A stretch of DNA of 64,000 bases from a phage. This document shows, in pieces, positions 36,242 to 47,338 of the stretch. Position numbers and translations under genes: made by a program. The first letter of the stretch is position 1. Each line of letters starts with the position of its first letter. The notes under the pieces were generated by a model, which saw nothing but the letters and a program-made list of their open reading frames with translations, was not told the DNA's origin and did not search any database. Location of the stretch: the NCBI GenBank assembly GCA_021081985.1, contig GCA_021081985.1_3639.1, one strand, 5' to 3'.

Positions 36242-36709
36242 ATGAAAATCAGACAAACAACTGAAATTGACCTAGCGGGTCACAACTTTGTTATTACACA
36301 TTGGTCCCCAACAAAAGCATTTAAAAATATTCCTAAGATAGGACGTTATATTGCTGTTCCAATGGCATCCATTTCTGGAGCACTTATGTCTGGTGGGCAG
36401 AATCTTTCTGATGCTATTCCAACAGCAGTATTATACCTATTTGACCAGATGGAGCAAGATAATATTGAAGAACTTTTTGCCTTAATTCTGGACGATGTAT
36501 CTGTTGATGGTATGGCAGGTAAGGTAGACATTGATGATATTTTCCAAGGGAAGATGATGGACCTTATCAAACTCGTGGCGAAAGTGCTGGAGGTTAACTA
36601 CGGCTGTTTTTTCACGAAAGACGGTTTCGCAAGCCTTCAGGATCTTCTGGGACGCCTGGGTCAGACCCATCAACTGAACACGATGGATCAGGCAGAGGAA
36701 GCGGAGTAA
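36242..36709 (+). CDS. tail assembly chaperone
   Basis: ORF track 36176..36709; start moved to ATG after RBS AGGAGC because the 5' end overlaps a hairpin. Confidence 0.4.
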   Translation: MKIRQTTEIDLAGHNFVITHWSPTKAFKNIPKIGRYIAVPMASISGALMSGGQNLSDAIPTAVLYLFDQMEQDNIEELFALILDDVSVDGMAGKVDIDDIFQGKMMDLIKLVAKVLEVNYGCFFTKDGFASLQDLLGRLGQTHQLNTMDQAEEAE

Positions 36710-36744
36710 CACCGTCTAATATTTCGAAAGTTGTCCTGAGAGCT

Positions 36745-36987
36745 ATGAACTATGCAAGAAAAAATAGCTCATTGACTTGGTTCGATTATTTGTGGTGTCG
36801 TGCTCTGAAGAGTTTTAAAGGTGAGTCTTATTCCTCACTTGAGTCTGCTGACATGGCCTACCTGCTTAAACTGAACGAATATCTTGATATCGAAGAGTTT
36901 ATCCAAGACGTACAGGAGAGAGAGGAACAAAGTGCAGCCAATGCTGCCGCCGCTGCAAATAGGTCGCGCCGAGGTAGAAGAGGTTAA
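36745..36987 (+). CDS. hypothetical protein, possible second tail chaperone
   Basis: 80 aa, Ala-rich basic C-terminus, just upstream of tape measure. Confidence 0.35.
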   Translation: MNYARKNSSLTWFDYLWCRALKSFKGESYSSLESADMAYLLKLNEYLDIEEFIQDVQEREEQSAANAAAAANRSRRGRRG

Positions 36988-37038
36988 TCTCAAGCCAGGT
37001 TCCTTCTCGGAACCTGGCTTTTTTATTGAGGAAAATCT

Positions 37039-39411
37039 ATGGCGAATATCATAGTAACTAAAACCGTAAATGCTGTCGAGTGGTCTGTAGATCGCACCAG
37101 TTACGGTCGTGCAATGAAAGCTATAAAATCCCTGAAGAAGGAATGGGAAAAGACTAACAGAGCTTTCACTTCTAATAAAAGTAATCCGGCAGCAATTTAT
37201 AAACGTTCTGCGCAAGAGGCTCGTCTTGTAGCTAAAAGATTACACCAAACTGAACGTGCAGAGCAAGCAAAATCTACGGCACATGCTATTGCAATGGCAA
37301 AAAAGGAAGCTCGTGCTCGTGAACAAATAGCCAAAGTTGAGAGCGCGAGAAGAAAGCAAGCAGTAGCCAGACTAACAAACAGAAGAACACCTGAAGAACA
37401 AAAAGAATATAATGCATTAAAATCAAAGTTGAAGCAGATGGAAAAAACAGGTTCTGGATATGTAACAAATCCAGAAATATCTGCTGCCCGTCAAGCAAGA
37501 TTGCAGCAAGAACTTGCAGCAAGAAAGTCTTCAGGGTCTGCCTCTGGTATTGTTGGGGATCCTAATAGTCGTCACGATCCAAGTCTTGTGGCTGCCCAGA
37601 ACTCTGCTATGGAACGCTATCATAAATCTATTCCGAAAGAAAAAACAGCGGATGAGATTAAGGCAGAAAAAGATGCTAATAAGAAGAAAGAAAGAGAAGC
37701 GTTAAGAGCAGAAAGGATAAAGGCTGCAAAACAATCAACAATTGCTAATGCTGCTGTAAGACTTCGTGCTAAGTATGGTGATGATTTCAGGTCTAAAATT
37801 AAAGGTTATGATGATCTGGAAAAGAGATTTATGCAAAGCCAGACTATGAGAGCTTCTAATTTCCGTGCTGAATTGGCAGCAATGGAAACAGGACTCCGCA
37901 AAGCTAAGGCAAATACACTATCTCTTGATCAAGGATTGAAAAACCTTCGTAGCACATTAATTAGTGTTTCTGCTGCATACGGAGCTTTTAATGCTGCCGC
38001 AAGTGTTGTGAAAACAGGACAATTCTTTCAAGGCATGGAAGCTACCATGTTAATGGTTTCTGATGACTCAGAAGAAGCAGCGAAAAGAATACAGTTTGTT
38101 CGGGAGCAATCTTACAGATTGGGTTTGAATTTAAAAACCGCCGCCCAAGGTTATACCCAAATGTCCATATCTGCCAAAGGTGTTTTGAGCAAGGCGCAAA
38201 ATGACGAACTGTTCAAAGGTTTCTCAGAATATGCTACTGCACTTCAGGTTGATCCTGTAAAATACCAGCGTGGTATTACCGCTATCCAACAAATGATGGG
38301 TAAAGGTCAGATCATGGCTGAAGAATTAAAACAGCAGTTAGCCGAGGGTATTCCTGGTTCTCTTGATGTATTCCTTAAAGCCACACAAGAAGCATTCAAT
38401 GATTCATCTATAGACATTGCAAAATTAATGGATATGATGAAGAATGGAGAGCTAAAGGCTTCAAAAATTCTTCCTTTGGTCGCTAAGTATTATGCCGAGG
38501 CTGCAAGAAAAGGTGGTGCACTTACCAAGGCACAACAAAGCAACCGTGTTGCTATGCAGCGTTTACAACAAACATGGATGAACTTTCAAAATAAGATATT
38601 TGAAAGTGGATTTGGGGATGAATTAACTAAAACGTTTAATGATTTGTCTCACATGTTGGATGCTAAAGGACCGTTAGCTGAGAAAGTTGGACAATTTACT
38701 TCTGGATTCATAAAGGGCTTTATGGATATCGCACATACGATATCTAATGTCTGCATTTTTATAAATGCAGAATTAAACATGTATATCCCACAATGGATAA
38801 AGAAAAGTGAGACATTCCAAAAAGCGACTAACTGGGTAGGTTGGGGTCTCGGTGCTCTATTCTTCGCGACTTCCTTGGTTAGAGTATTCAGAATCTTGGC
38901 TAAAATTGCTGGAATAACGGGAACATTGAAAGTATTGAAGGATATCTTTGGTGATGGTGACGATAAACCTAAAAATCCAAGAAAACCAAGAATACCAAAA
39001 TTCCTGAGACGCGGTAAAGGTTGGCTCGGTTTAATAGCAACAGCCGCTATAGCAGCAACAGGTTTGGATGTTGATGACTCCGAAGAACCAAGTTCTGACC
39101 AAATACCTACAAAATCAATGCAGGAAGATTTTGTTAAGAACAGGAGTATTTCAGGCGGCCTTTCTCAATGGTGGGATAGTTTATGGGCTGGGCATATGCA
39201 GGATAAAGCCAACTATCTTCAATCCCATAATCTAATGCCTGGCGGATCTGCTACAGGTCAAACTGTAGCTCCTATGGTTATTCCTACCGAGCCTGTCAGT
39301 GGTGAAATAACAATTAAAATAGATGCTGGAGAATTACGGAATATGATTGACCAGCAAATAGAGACAGCTAATATGGATAACATTAATCTTATTCTTGCTG
39401 TCCCTCAATAA
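37039..39411 (+). CDS. tail tape measure protein
   Basis: 790 aa; long Ala/Lys/Glu-rich helical N-terminus, internal hydrophobic segment, located between chaperones and baseplate genes. Confidence 0.8.
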   Translation: MANIIVTKTVNAVEWSVDRTSYGRAMKAIKSLKKEWEKTNRAFTSNKSNPAAIYKRSAQEARLVAKRLHQTERAEQAKSTAHAIAMAKKEARAREQIAKVESARRKQAVARLTNRRTPEEQKEYNALKSKLKQMEKTGSGYVTNPEISAARQARLQQELAARKSSGSASGIVGDPNSRHDPSLVAAQNSAMERYHKSIPKEKTADEIKAEKDANKKKEREALRAERIKAAKQSTIANAAVRLRAKYGDDFRSKIKGYDDLEKRFMQSQTMRASNFRAELAAMETGLRKAKANTLSLDQGLKNLRSTLISVSAAYGAFNAAASVVKTGQFFQGMEATMLMVSDDSEEAAKRIQFVREQSYRLGLNLKTAAQGYTQMSISAKGVLSKAQNDELFKGFSEYATALQVDPVKYQRGITAIQQMMGKGQIMAEELKQQLAEGIPGSLDVFLKATQEAFNDSSIDIAKLMDMMKNGELKASKILPLVAKYYAEAARKGGALTKAQQSNRVAMQRLQQTWMNFQNKIFESGFGDELTKTFNDLSHMLDAKGPLAEKVGQFTSGFIKGFMDIAHTISNVCIFINAELNMYIPQWIKKSETFQKATNWVGWGLGALFFATSLVRVFRILAKIAGITGTLKVLKDIFGDGDDKPKNPRKPRIPKFLRRGKGWLGLIATAAIAATGLDVDDSEEPSSDQIPTKSMQEDFVKNRSISGGLSQWWDSLWAGHMQDKANYLQSHNLMPGGSATGQTVAPMVIPTEPVSGEITIKIDAGELRNMIDQQIETANMDNINLILAVPQ

Positions 39412-39413
39412 TT

Positions 39414-39444
39414 TGAAGGGGCTTTTGCCCCTTTTTGTTGTTTT
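39414..39444 (+). terminator. rho-independent terminator
   Basis: GAAGGGGC-tttt-GCCCCTT followed by TTTGTTGTTTT. Confidence 0.7.
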
Positions 39445-39490
39445 AATAAAAGATTTATGATAAAATCATACAATAACAAGTGAGGTTCTT

Positions 39491-40357
39491 ATGGCTTCAG
39501 TTTCCAATAACCAGTCAAAACCGCAGCAAGGTAAAGCTACAGCAAATGTCGAAAGAAAGGTAAGTAATGCACAAGAAACAAGCTCTGGTGTTAAGTATAC
39601 ACTTTTTGCCAGCGGTTTGAATTATGGTGGTCGTAATATTGAACTGAAAGATAAAAATTATACAGACGATTTAGCTATAATTTTTGATGTTGTTGAAGAA
39701 CACTCCTATACGAGAACTGTGGATAAGACTTCTTATGCAGTTGAAGATAGGGTTAAGTTTAGTGATCACGGTGTAATAGAAGATGGGAAATTCTCTTTTA
39801 GTGCAAGGGTTAGCTCATCACCACTTTCAATTATTCAGTTTAATTACATAGATAAAGATACCGATAATCAGAACCCCGCTGCTTCAAAAAGACCAGAAAA
39901 AGCTCTGGAAGTGCTTGAGCGCCTCATAGACCAAAGACAAATTGTAACTCTTGTGACAGAGGATAGAATCTTAGATAATTATATCCTTACTTCAATGGAG
40001 GCATCTCGTAGCAATTCAGATGGTGCGGCATTAGTTTTTCAATTAGAGTTTACAGAGTTCCGTACATTCACATTAGGAAAGACTGTTTTAGCCACCATCT
40101 ACACAGATCCTAAGAAGTCAGGGAAAACAAAACAGAAAGGTTCTGTTCAATCATCCGCTACCCAACAAGAAGTTGATATTATGGCTAGAAAAACATTATA
40201 CTCTGGAGACCAAGCTGATTTCTGGAAAAACTGGTCAGAGAGCAGACACCATAATTTAGATGATGTTACTTCTCTACAGAAAGTTGGGTCATATACACTT
40301 ACTCCGTCTGGGGAATTTAAAGATCTGGATGGGAACCCTATGAAGTTTGGTAAGTAA
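39491..40357 (+). CDS. baseplate/tail protein
   Basis: 288 aa, first gene after tape measure. Confidence 0.45.
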   Translation: MASVSNNQSKPQQGKATANVERKVSNAQETSSGVKYTLFASGLNYGGRNIELKDKNYTDDLAIIFDVVEEHSYTRTVDKTSYAVEDRVKFSDHGVIEDGKFSFSARVSSSPLSIIQFNYIDKDTDNQNPAASKRPEKALEVLERLIDQRQIVTLVTEDRILDNYILTSMEASRSNSDGAALVFQLEFTEFRTFTLGKTVLATIYTDPKKSGKTKQKGSVQSSATQQEVDIMARKTLYSGDQADFWKNWSESRHHNLDDVTSLQKVGSYTLTPSGEFKDLDGNPMKFGK

Positions 40358-40367
40358 GGAACTATAG

Positions 40368-40718
40368 ATGTCTAAAATAACTTTTGTCTGGGATATAGAT
40401 GGGTTTGCTGATCAAACAATGAGAGTTGTCTTGGACAGTAAAACATACGAGATGAGATTTCAATGGAATGAAAGGGATGAATCTTGGCTTGTGTATTTTG
40501 GGGATGTTGGCTCCACACCCACGATATCTTTTAAATTAACAACAATATTTGATATCTTTGAGCCGTTCAAATACCTTGAGAATATACCATCTGGTCAATT
40601 GTCTGTTTTTTCTTTTAAACAGTCTACAAAACGTGTCGGAAGATACAATATCGGATTTCTTGCAGATCTCCAACTTCTTTATTCATCTCCTGACGAGGAG
40701 TTAACAGGTGAGGAGTAA
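40368..40718 (+). CDS. hypothetical baseplate protein
   Basis: 116 aa. Confidence 0.4.
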   Translation: MSKITFVWDIDGFADQTMRVVLDSKTYEMRFQWNERDESWLVYFGDVGSTPTISFKLTTIFDIFEPFKYLENIPSGQLSVFSFKQSTKRVGRYNIGFLADLQLLYSSPDEELTGEE

Positions 40719-40723
40719 TAATT

Positions 40724-41722
40724 ATGCCATCTTACAGAACAAGAACATATAAACTAACAATAGGTAAACCAGTATACATTGGAGAGAAGCCAACGAATAT
40801 TTCAGATTATACAAATCAGAATAATAAGGATGCTTATGTTGTAAGTAACGAGTACGGTTCTGCAAATATAGAATTTGAAGTTAAAAAAGACAACTCAAAA
40901 GACCCTAACAAAGGTTACGTAACAATTTACAATTTAAGTGATGAGACCGTTAGCTATCTAGATGCTAATCAGAGAGAATCTCTAGCCATAGTGTTGGAGG
41001 CTGGGTTTGATGGTGAAAACCAAATGTTATTCTCTGGGACAGTAGAGTTTGTTCAGGATAAATGGGATGGAAATACTCGCCAAACAAAAATGATCCTTGG
41101 TGATGCAACCACAAATATTATGACTGCTAAAACAGCAAGATCATATAAAAAAGGAACACCTTTAGATACTGTTCTTAATGATTTAATTTCTGATTTAAAA
41201 TTACCTATCGGAAAAGTTGTTAAATTCGGGAATAAGACTCTTCAACAATCAATGGCATTCACAGGGAATGCTGCTAATAATCTTGAGAGGTTAGCTAGAA
41301 ATACAGGTTCCACATTTAGTGTCCAAGACGGTGCTGTGTACTGGACAACCCAAGGTAAAAGATTTAAGAACGCTGTTTTTGAAATAAGCGCAGAATCTGG
41401 GATGCATGATTCTCCAACCCCACAGAATCCAGAACCTGCTAAAAGAAGACTTGAGAAAGAAAGCAAAAAGAAAAAAAGGAAACCTAAACCCGGTACGGAT
41501 ACAAGACCAAGTAGAGCAAGAATAAAAGAAGACGCTGGGTTGGTTGTAACCACAGAGCTTAATGGGGCAATTATTCCTGAGAGCACAATTTATTTGAAGA
41601 GTCATAAATATACAGGTTTTTATAAAGTAGTATATTTGACACACAAAGGGCAACTTGAAGGTGGAGATTGGATTTCCGAAATTGGCCTTGCTGAAGCCCG
41701 TGGTGGTGTTGTGGAGGAATAA
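40724..41722 (+). CDS. baseplate hub-like protein
   Basis: 332 aa with Lys-rich internal linker; upstream of V-like spike. Confidence 0.45.
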   Translation: MPSYRTRTYKLTIGKPVYIGEKPTNISDYTNQNNKDAYVVSNEYGSANIEFEVKKDNSKDPNKGYVTIYNLSDETVSYLDANQRESLAIVLEAGFDGENQMLFSGTVEFVQDKWDGNTRQTKMILGDATTNIMTAKTARSYKKGTPLDTVLNDLISDLKLPIGKVVKFGNKTLQQSMAFTGNAANNLERLARNTGSTFSVQDGAVYWTTQGKRFKNAVFEISAESGMHDSPTPQNPEPAKRRLEKESKKKKRKPKPGTDTRPSRARIKEDAGLVVTTELNGAIIPESTIYLKSHKYTGFYKVVYLTHKGQLEGGDWISEIGLAEARGGVVEE

Positions 41723-42423
41723 TGGCAGCAATTCAAAGAATGGACGCAGCATTGAATCAGTGGTTTGCGAGACAAGCCAGAGACATCCATACAGGATTAA
41801 GGGCGAAGGTTGTTGAGGTTGATTATAGCATACCCTCAGCAACTGTACAACCTTTGGCATCCACCAATTTCGACGACGGAACAGTAGATGCATATCCTGC
41901 TGTTTTCGACGTGCCACTTTCGATGCCAAGCGCAAACGGCGGTAAGGCAAGACTTACATTGCCTGTTAAACCAGGTGATATTGTCGGGTTATCTTTTTCA
42001 GAGAGAAATGAGTCAGATGCTAATGACTTAACGACACACGGTTTATTTCCTGGGTGGTCAATCATTGGTGTTCACAGTGATGGGAATGCAATGGTTATCG
42101 ACCCAAACAATGTGGAATTATGGAACGACCAAGTTCATTTCTCTCTTGCCCCTGAAGGAGATTTTGTATTAAAAGGCCCAGTGGGAACATTTACTGTTGA
42201 TAAAGATGGCAAAATGTCTTTTACCAACGGGTCTGCGACATTGACAGCGAAGCCTGATGGGAATATAGAGATGAATGGGGCGAAGGTGACACCAGATGGG
42301 AATATTGTGACAGCTAGAGGTGTAAGTCTAAATGATTTCTACGACTGGTTTACAAGACACACACATCACTATATTTGGACAGACCCATCTGGTGAAAGTG
42401 ACACAAATGTCCCTAACAAATAA
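41722..42423 (+). CDS. baseplate spike (gpV-like)
   Basis: 233 aa; C-terminal His cluster TRHTHHYIW resembling spike-apex metal-binding motifs. Confidence 0.5.
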   Translation: MAAIQRMDAALNQWFARQARDIHTGLRAKVVEVDYSIPSATVQPLASTNFDDGTVDAYPAVFDVPLSMPSANGGKARLTLPVKPGDIVGLSFSERNESDANDLTTHGLFPGWSIIGVHSDGNAMVIDPNNVELWNDQVHFSLAPEGDFVLKGPVGTFTVDKDGKMSFTNGSATLTAKPDGNIEMNGAKVTPDGNIVTARGVSLNDFYDWFTRHTHHYIWTDPSGESDTNVPNK

Positions 42424-42432
42424 GGAGTGTAA

Positions 42433-42960
42433 ATGGCAACTCTCTATTCTGATTTATTAATGGATCCTGTTACTGGGGATCTCGATGTCTCAGAAGGTCT
42501 TAAACTGATAGAATCAAACCAAGTTAGTCTTCGTCAACGTTTGTGGCTAAGGTTTAATGTCTGGCAAGGAGACTGGTATTTCGATGAGACATTCGGATTT
42601 CCATATCGAACATATATTAGCAAGAAGGTTATGAAGACTGTACTTGATAATAAGATAAAAGAGGTAACAAGGCAGGAACCGGACGTTTTGGAAATAACTT
42701 ATTTTCATTCCACAATGGATTCAGGGACAAGAAGCTATCAAGCATATTTTGAAGTGACAACCAAAGAACAAGAGGTTGTTAGGATTGCCTTTATAGGGCA
42801 GGATGAGTATTATTATCCAGAAGCTGATGCAGGGACAACAATCCTTTGCGATGATGATGGCTGGATACTTTGGGCTAACAAACTCTATTACCTCATCAAT
42901 TTCCGTTTACCTCGTACAGGTGACGCAACTTGGTGGAATAAGTGGGCAACTAATGAATAA
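42433..42960 (+). CDS. baseplate wedge protein
   Basis: 175 aa, position between spike and J-like gene. Confidence 0.45.
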   Translation: MATLYSDLLMDPVTGDLDVSEGLKLIESNQVSLRQRLWLRFNVWQGDWYFDETFGFPYRTYISKKVMKTVLDNKIKEVTRQEPDVLEITYFHSTMDSGTRSYQAYFEVTTKEQEVVRIAFIGQDEYYYPEADAGTTILCDDDGWILWANKLYYLINFRLPRTGDATWWNKWATNE

Positions 42961-42964
42961 TGGA

Positions 42965-42995
42965 AAGGGGCTTATGCCCCTTTATTTGTGTTTAC
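42965..42995 (+). terminator. rho-independent terminator
   Basis: AAAGGGGC-ttat-GCCCCTTT followed by a T-rich run. Confidence 0.65.
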
Positions 42996-43065
42996 TATTT
43001 ATAATTAAGACATATTGTGGTAAAATAACCACATCTTATAATAATTTACAAGAGGAGGCATAATC

Positions 43066-44559
43066 GTGGCTGCTCAATTTGGATTAAATGACTACGGTTT
43101 TTCAATTCCGTCCCTTGATGACTTGATAACAGACACTAAGCAATCCCTTATTAGAGCTTTTGGTGAAAACTTTAACACCCAAACTAACTCTGTTGTTGAT
43201 AAGATCACTACTATTTTCAACGAAAGGGAATATCAATTAATTCTTTTGGCTGCATCTATTTATGCAGCACAAACGCTAGCAGGGGCAGAAGGTATATATC
43301 TTGACGAGATTCTTGGTCGTCGTGGCATATTCCGTAGAGGAAAAACCAAAGGGTCCGGTACTGTTCAAATGGTAATTAATAACACAGTGCCGTATAACAT
43401 GATTTATGATGCCGCAACATACAGTATTGACGGTGGAAATTTTGTGTTAACAGAAGATACCGCCGTTGCTGGCAATATCATAGCGCAGCAAATAACCAAT
43501 CAAGATTGGGTTCTTGGTAACTACACCATCCAGATAGTTAACCAGAATGATGGGACAACAAAGACACTGAACCTATCTCTGAAAAACAAAACTCCAAACA
43601 GTACCGAATTAAACTCTTTTATGATGGCTATGAAAGAGTTTATAGTCGATAATACAACTTATCTGAATGAAGATAAGATCTTTATCGAATCTTCTTCAGG
43701 AAGTATGTTTATAGGTTATGATCAAAATAAGAAAATGATTGGTCTGAATGCCCCTGTGGACTTTAGAACATCACCCCTACTTGGTCAAAGAACAATAACC
43801 ATGGATGTTATTGCTGTTGAAGCAGGAGAAATATCTAGAGAAGCAGAGACAGTTACTAACATAAGCCCAACACCAAGTGGTTTTGTTAGCTTGACGAACA
43901 GGGAAGCATTCAGTGATGGTACAGATGTCGAGACAGATACAGAATATAAGCTGAGAGCCTCAAATACAACATCCGCAGGTGCAGCCGCAACACGACCTGC
44001 TATTGTTTCTGCTGTTTTAAATGTGCCTGGTGTAAGTAAGGTTAAAATTTTCTCCAACAATACTGGTGTGACAAACGAGTACGGTGTTCCAGCGTATAAG
44101 TTTGAGACAGTAGTCTATGGTGGGGCCACAGAAGATATCAGTAAGGCACTTTATAATACTATAGCACTCTCTAATGCTACTTATGGTGATGTATTCTATG
44201 ATGTGACTACAGAAGATGACCAAGTAGAAAGAATTTATCATAGCAAGGCAAAAGTAAGGCAACTTGAAATTCGTGTCAGATATAAAGGTAAATTACTATC
44301 CCTTACAGAACAGAACACGATCAGGGATTCCCTTAAAGCTGTTGTTGATCCTCTTAACATTGCAGATACGTTGTACAATATTCAACTTGTTTCTGCTGTG
44401 GGGTCATCCATCTCATCAGGCAGATTTACTCAACTTTTAGTAGATGTCAAAAACAAAGGTGAGCCAGACAGTACGTACACTAATGATGATATTGTTGCTA
44501 CTATGACAGAAGTTTTCGCTGTAGAGTTAAATGACATAACTTTCCAGCAAGTTCTTTAA
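43066..44559 (+). CDS. baseplate J-like protein
   Basis: 497 aa, size and order match J-like baseplate subunits. Confidence 0.5.
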   Translation: MAAQFGLNDYGFSIPSLDDLITDTKQSLIRAFGENFNTQTNSVVDKITTIFNEREYQLILLAASIYAAQTLAGAEGIYLDEILGRRGIFRRGKTKGSGTVQMVINNTVPYNMIYDAATYSIDGGNFVLTEDTAVAGNIIAQQITNQDWVLGNYTIQIVNQNDGTTKTLNLSLKNKTPNSTELNSFMMAMKEFIVDNTTYLNEDKIFIESSSGSMFIGYDQNKKMIGLNAPVDFRTSPLLGQRTITMDVIAVEAGEISREAETVTNISPTPSGFVSLTNREAFSDGTDVETDTEYKLRASNTTSAGAAATRPAIVSAVLNVPGVSKVKIFSNNTGVTNEYGVPAYKFETVVYGGATEDISKALYNTIALSNATYGDVFYDVTTEDDQVERIYHSKAKVRQLEIRVRYKGKLLSLTEQNTIRDSLKAVVDPLNIADTLYNIQLVSAVGSSISSGRFTQLLVDVKNKGEPDSTYTNDDIVATMTEVFAVELNDITFQQVL

Positions 44560-44569
44560 GGATGTTATT

Positions 44570-45247
44570 ATGGCAGACTATTTAAAAGATGTAAATCATA
44601 TACACACACTGCCAGATTTCGTTGAGGGAGGTATTGATTATCTCCCTGGTGATTTTCTGAAAGAGAAAAAGAATCTTGTAAAATTTCTGACAATATACCT
44701 TGAAAGATTGAAAGCTATTGATGAGATGCTTGTAAAGCTATCAGAAGGTAGATTATTAAGGAATGCCGCAGGGCTGAATCTTGATGAGATAGGTAATCAG
44801 GTTGGTATTGAGAGGAACGGGCTTGATGATGCCACCTATAGGGCAATAATAATGATCTTGGCTGCTGGATCTGCAAGACACGGTACAAGACCAGAGTTTA
44901 TTGAAACATTAGATCAACTGTTTGGTGTTGGAAATTTTACAACTTACAAAGGGGATAATTACCGTTTTGACGTAAACGTATCGAAAAGCTGTTTCGACTT
45001 AGCAGCAGCGATAGATGAGATACTTGACCTATTACCGTTACCAACTCACCTTAGACTAACAGAGTCTGTGGGTTTGGCGTTTGGCTTTAAGAATGACAAA
45101 CATGCACTTGGATTCGGATCTGTGGCAGAGAAATCAAGAACTGGGGATGGCGGTTTAGCCCATCTAGTTTACGTACCGGATCCACCAAGAACATCGGATG
45201 ACATCCTTATTTATGTTGACAATATCTCTGTAGATGCAACAGAGTAG
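44570..45247 (+). CDS. baseplate/tail protein (I-like)
   Basis: 225 aa following the J-like gene. Confidence 0.4.
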   Translation: MADYLKDVNHIHTLPDFVEGGIDYLPGDFLKEKKNLVKFLTIYLERLKAIDEMLVKLSEGRLLRNAAGLNLDEIGNQVGIERNGLDDATYRAIIMILAAGSARHGTRPEFIETLDQLFGVGNFTTYKGDNYRFDVNVSKSCFDLAAAIDEILDLLPLPTHLRLTESVGLAFGFKNDKHALGFGSVAEKSRTGDGGLAHLVYVPDPPRTSDDILIYVDNISVDATE

Positions 45248-45259
45248 AGGAGACCACAT

Positions 45260-47323
45260 ATGGCAGAGGCTATTTTCACAGCCAGAAGAGAAGATGACTC
45301 TGTAGCTGTCAGCTTTGACTATGAAACAATACCAAACACAGCTATTGCTGGAAGAGATTATACACCCAAGGTAGGTACGGCAACAATTCCTAAAGGGGAA
45401 AAGTCTGTACAGATACCTGTGGAGATAAAACAACATCCTAAAAACTCATTACCAAGAGAATTTACCTTAAAAATGAGTAATCCGTCTTTTGGTGCAAGGC
45501 TAGACAGGCTGGCTTCCAGATGTGTTATTAGCACCAAGGAGGATATGTCTGAGTTGGGGTGGGGAACAAAAGAAGAGAAAATGTTTCTACCTAAATATTG
45601 GACAATTGATTCTCAACCCACAGAAAGTTGCTCTATAATATCTAATGGTAATATACTTACAGCTTATATGACTAATAGAACTGTAAGCGGTTTAGCAGGG
45701 GTTATTTGGAGCACAAAAGATAAGTATGATCATAAAGGGATCTCTTTTCAAGATCACACAGATCTTCGAAACGCTAAGCTGTGGTTCGATATAGAGTTGG
45801 GCGACGGAATGCCTGATTTCAATAATGAGAAATTGACCCCGACATTAACCCTTAAACTTTTAGATGGGGCGACCCATTATATCCCTCTGTACGCTTATGC
45901 TGAAAATATCAGCGAGGATTATAAAAGAGCCACAATCAAACTTGATTTTTCAAATTTAAAATCTGGCCCTGATGTGAACGTGCCAGTGGATACCTCTCAA
46001 GTGGATCAGTTTTTCTTTTCTATGATATCTGAGAAGTATGCAGAAGGAGAAGATGTTGTCCCTAAAGAAAATCAGAACCTTATGTTGAAAATAACTCTTA
46101 AAGAGCCTGATACAGGCTATACAATGATGAGAGTTAATAATTTGACAATTCCTGCACATGATGTGCGTATGTGTACATCCTATGATGACATGTATAACCT
46201 GACACCTGAACGAGTGGTGGACAACTGCTTGAAACTTGGGTACAGGGATATGATAAACCACTATAATGGTATGTCGCATTATTACGAGTTCTCTTGGGAA
46301 AGCTCCGCATGGAAACTGAACAAAGATGTCCCTGTCAATAATGCAACCCTACAATGGATGAATAACTATTTCGCACTGACACGAGCAAATGGTTATAAGG
46401 TTATCAATTCTATTAGTTTTGAGTTGATGAGCACTGTATGTCCGGCAGAATGGGTGCAGCATGATTGGAATGATGCATTGGCTGAAACAGGCTATACACC
46501 TCCTAGTTGGGTATTATCACCTAATATTAATGAGGGTATGCAATATATCCAAAGTGTGATAAATAAAATAGCAGCTACGTGCGAACAAGTTAACCAAGTT
46601 GTTATCATTCAGATAGGAGAACCTTGGTGGTGGTATAATACAGCTACTAACTTACCTTGTGTCTATGATTATACTACAAAAGTTCGTTTTAATGAAGAGA
46701 CTGGATTGTATGCTCAAGACATGGGAACAATTTATGACTTTAAGACCGGAACACCCTATGATGAGTATGTAGATTTTCTAAGACAGTGCTTAGGGGAGCG
46801 AGTGGTAAAATTCGGTGCTGATCTTAAAAAATCTTATCCTAATGCAAAAATAACACTTTTACCGTTTTTACCATCCATTATTGGTAATGGTATTATGGAA
46901 AAGATAAATTTCCCTAGTGGTAGTTATACACCTGAGAATTTTGATTTCTATTGCTCCGAGTGCTATGACTGGTTACTTCAAGGAAAAATGGAAAAATCAT
47001 TTCAGGCTATCACCATTCCGCGAGATGTCTTAAAATTTGAAGAAGATAAGATACATTATCTGGCAGGATTTGTTCCAGATGAAGGGCTAGCACCATTATA
47101 CGGATTTGACCCTAATTCTAATTATAGAGAATATCTTTGGAAAATGATTATAGGGAACATCGTTCTTAATGAGTTTAAGTTTCCAGGTATTTATCAATAC
47201 ATATGGGCGTATCCACAAGTAATGCATGATTCTATAACAGTGCACAACTCTCAATCCGCAGTCTTTCATATGGGGCATACAGCATTGAAAGGGTATTTAA
47301 AAGATACCCCACCAGAAGTTTAA
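45260..47323 (+). CDS. large tail/receptor-binding protein, possibly with an enzymatic domain
   Basis: 687 aa, Trp/Tyr-rich central region (IGEPWWWYNT); function not recognised. Confidence 0.45.
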   Translation: MAEAIFTARREDDSVAVSFDYETIPNTAIAGRDYTPKVGTATIPKGEKSVQIPVEIKQHPKNSLPREFTLKMSNPSFGARLDRLASRCVISTKEDMSELGWGTKEEKMFLPKYWTIDSQPTESCSIISNGNILTAYMTNRTVSGLAGVIWSTKDKYDHKGISFQDHTDLRNAKLWFDIELGDGMPDFNNEKLTPTLTLKLLDGATHYIPLYAYAENISEDYKRATIKLDFSNLKSGPDVNVPVDTSQVDQFFFSMISEKYAEGEDVVPKENQNLMLKITLKEPDTGYTMMRVNNLTIPAHDVRMCTSYDDMYNLTPERVVDNCLKLGYRDMINHYNGMSHYYEFSWESSAWKLNKDVPVNNATLQWMNNYFALTRANGYKVINSISFELMSTVCPAEWVQHDWNDALAETGYTPPSWVLSPNINEGMQYIQSVINKIAATCEQVNQVVIIQIGEPWWWYNTATNLPCVYDYTTKVRFNEETGLYAQDMGTIYDFKTGTPYDEYVDFLRQCLGERVVKFGADLKKSYPNAKITLLPFLPSIIGNGIMEKINFPSGSYTPENFDFYCSECYDWLLQGKMEKSFQAITIPRDVLKFEEDKIHYLAGFVPDEGLAPLYGFDPNSNYREYLWKMIIGNIVLNEFKFPGIYQYIWAYPQVMHDSITVHNSQSAVFHMGHTALKGYLKDTPPEV

Positions 47324-47338
47324 GAAGGAGATACTTTT

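Noticed and set aside
36176-36987. Programmed -1 frameshift joining two tail chaperone ORFs
   Set aside because: The two ORFs do not overlap and no slippery heptamer was found at the junction
41291-41950. 219-aa minus-strand ORF inside baseplate genes
   Set aside because: Antisense to two well-packed plus-strand structural genes; no start context
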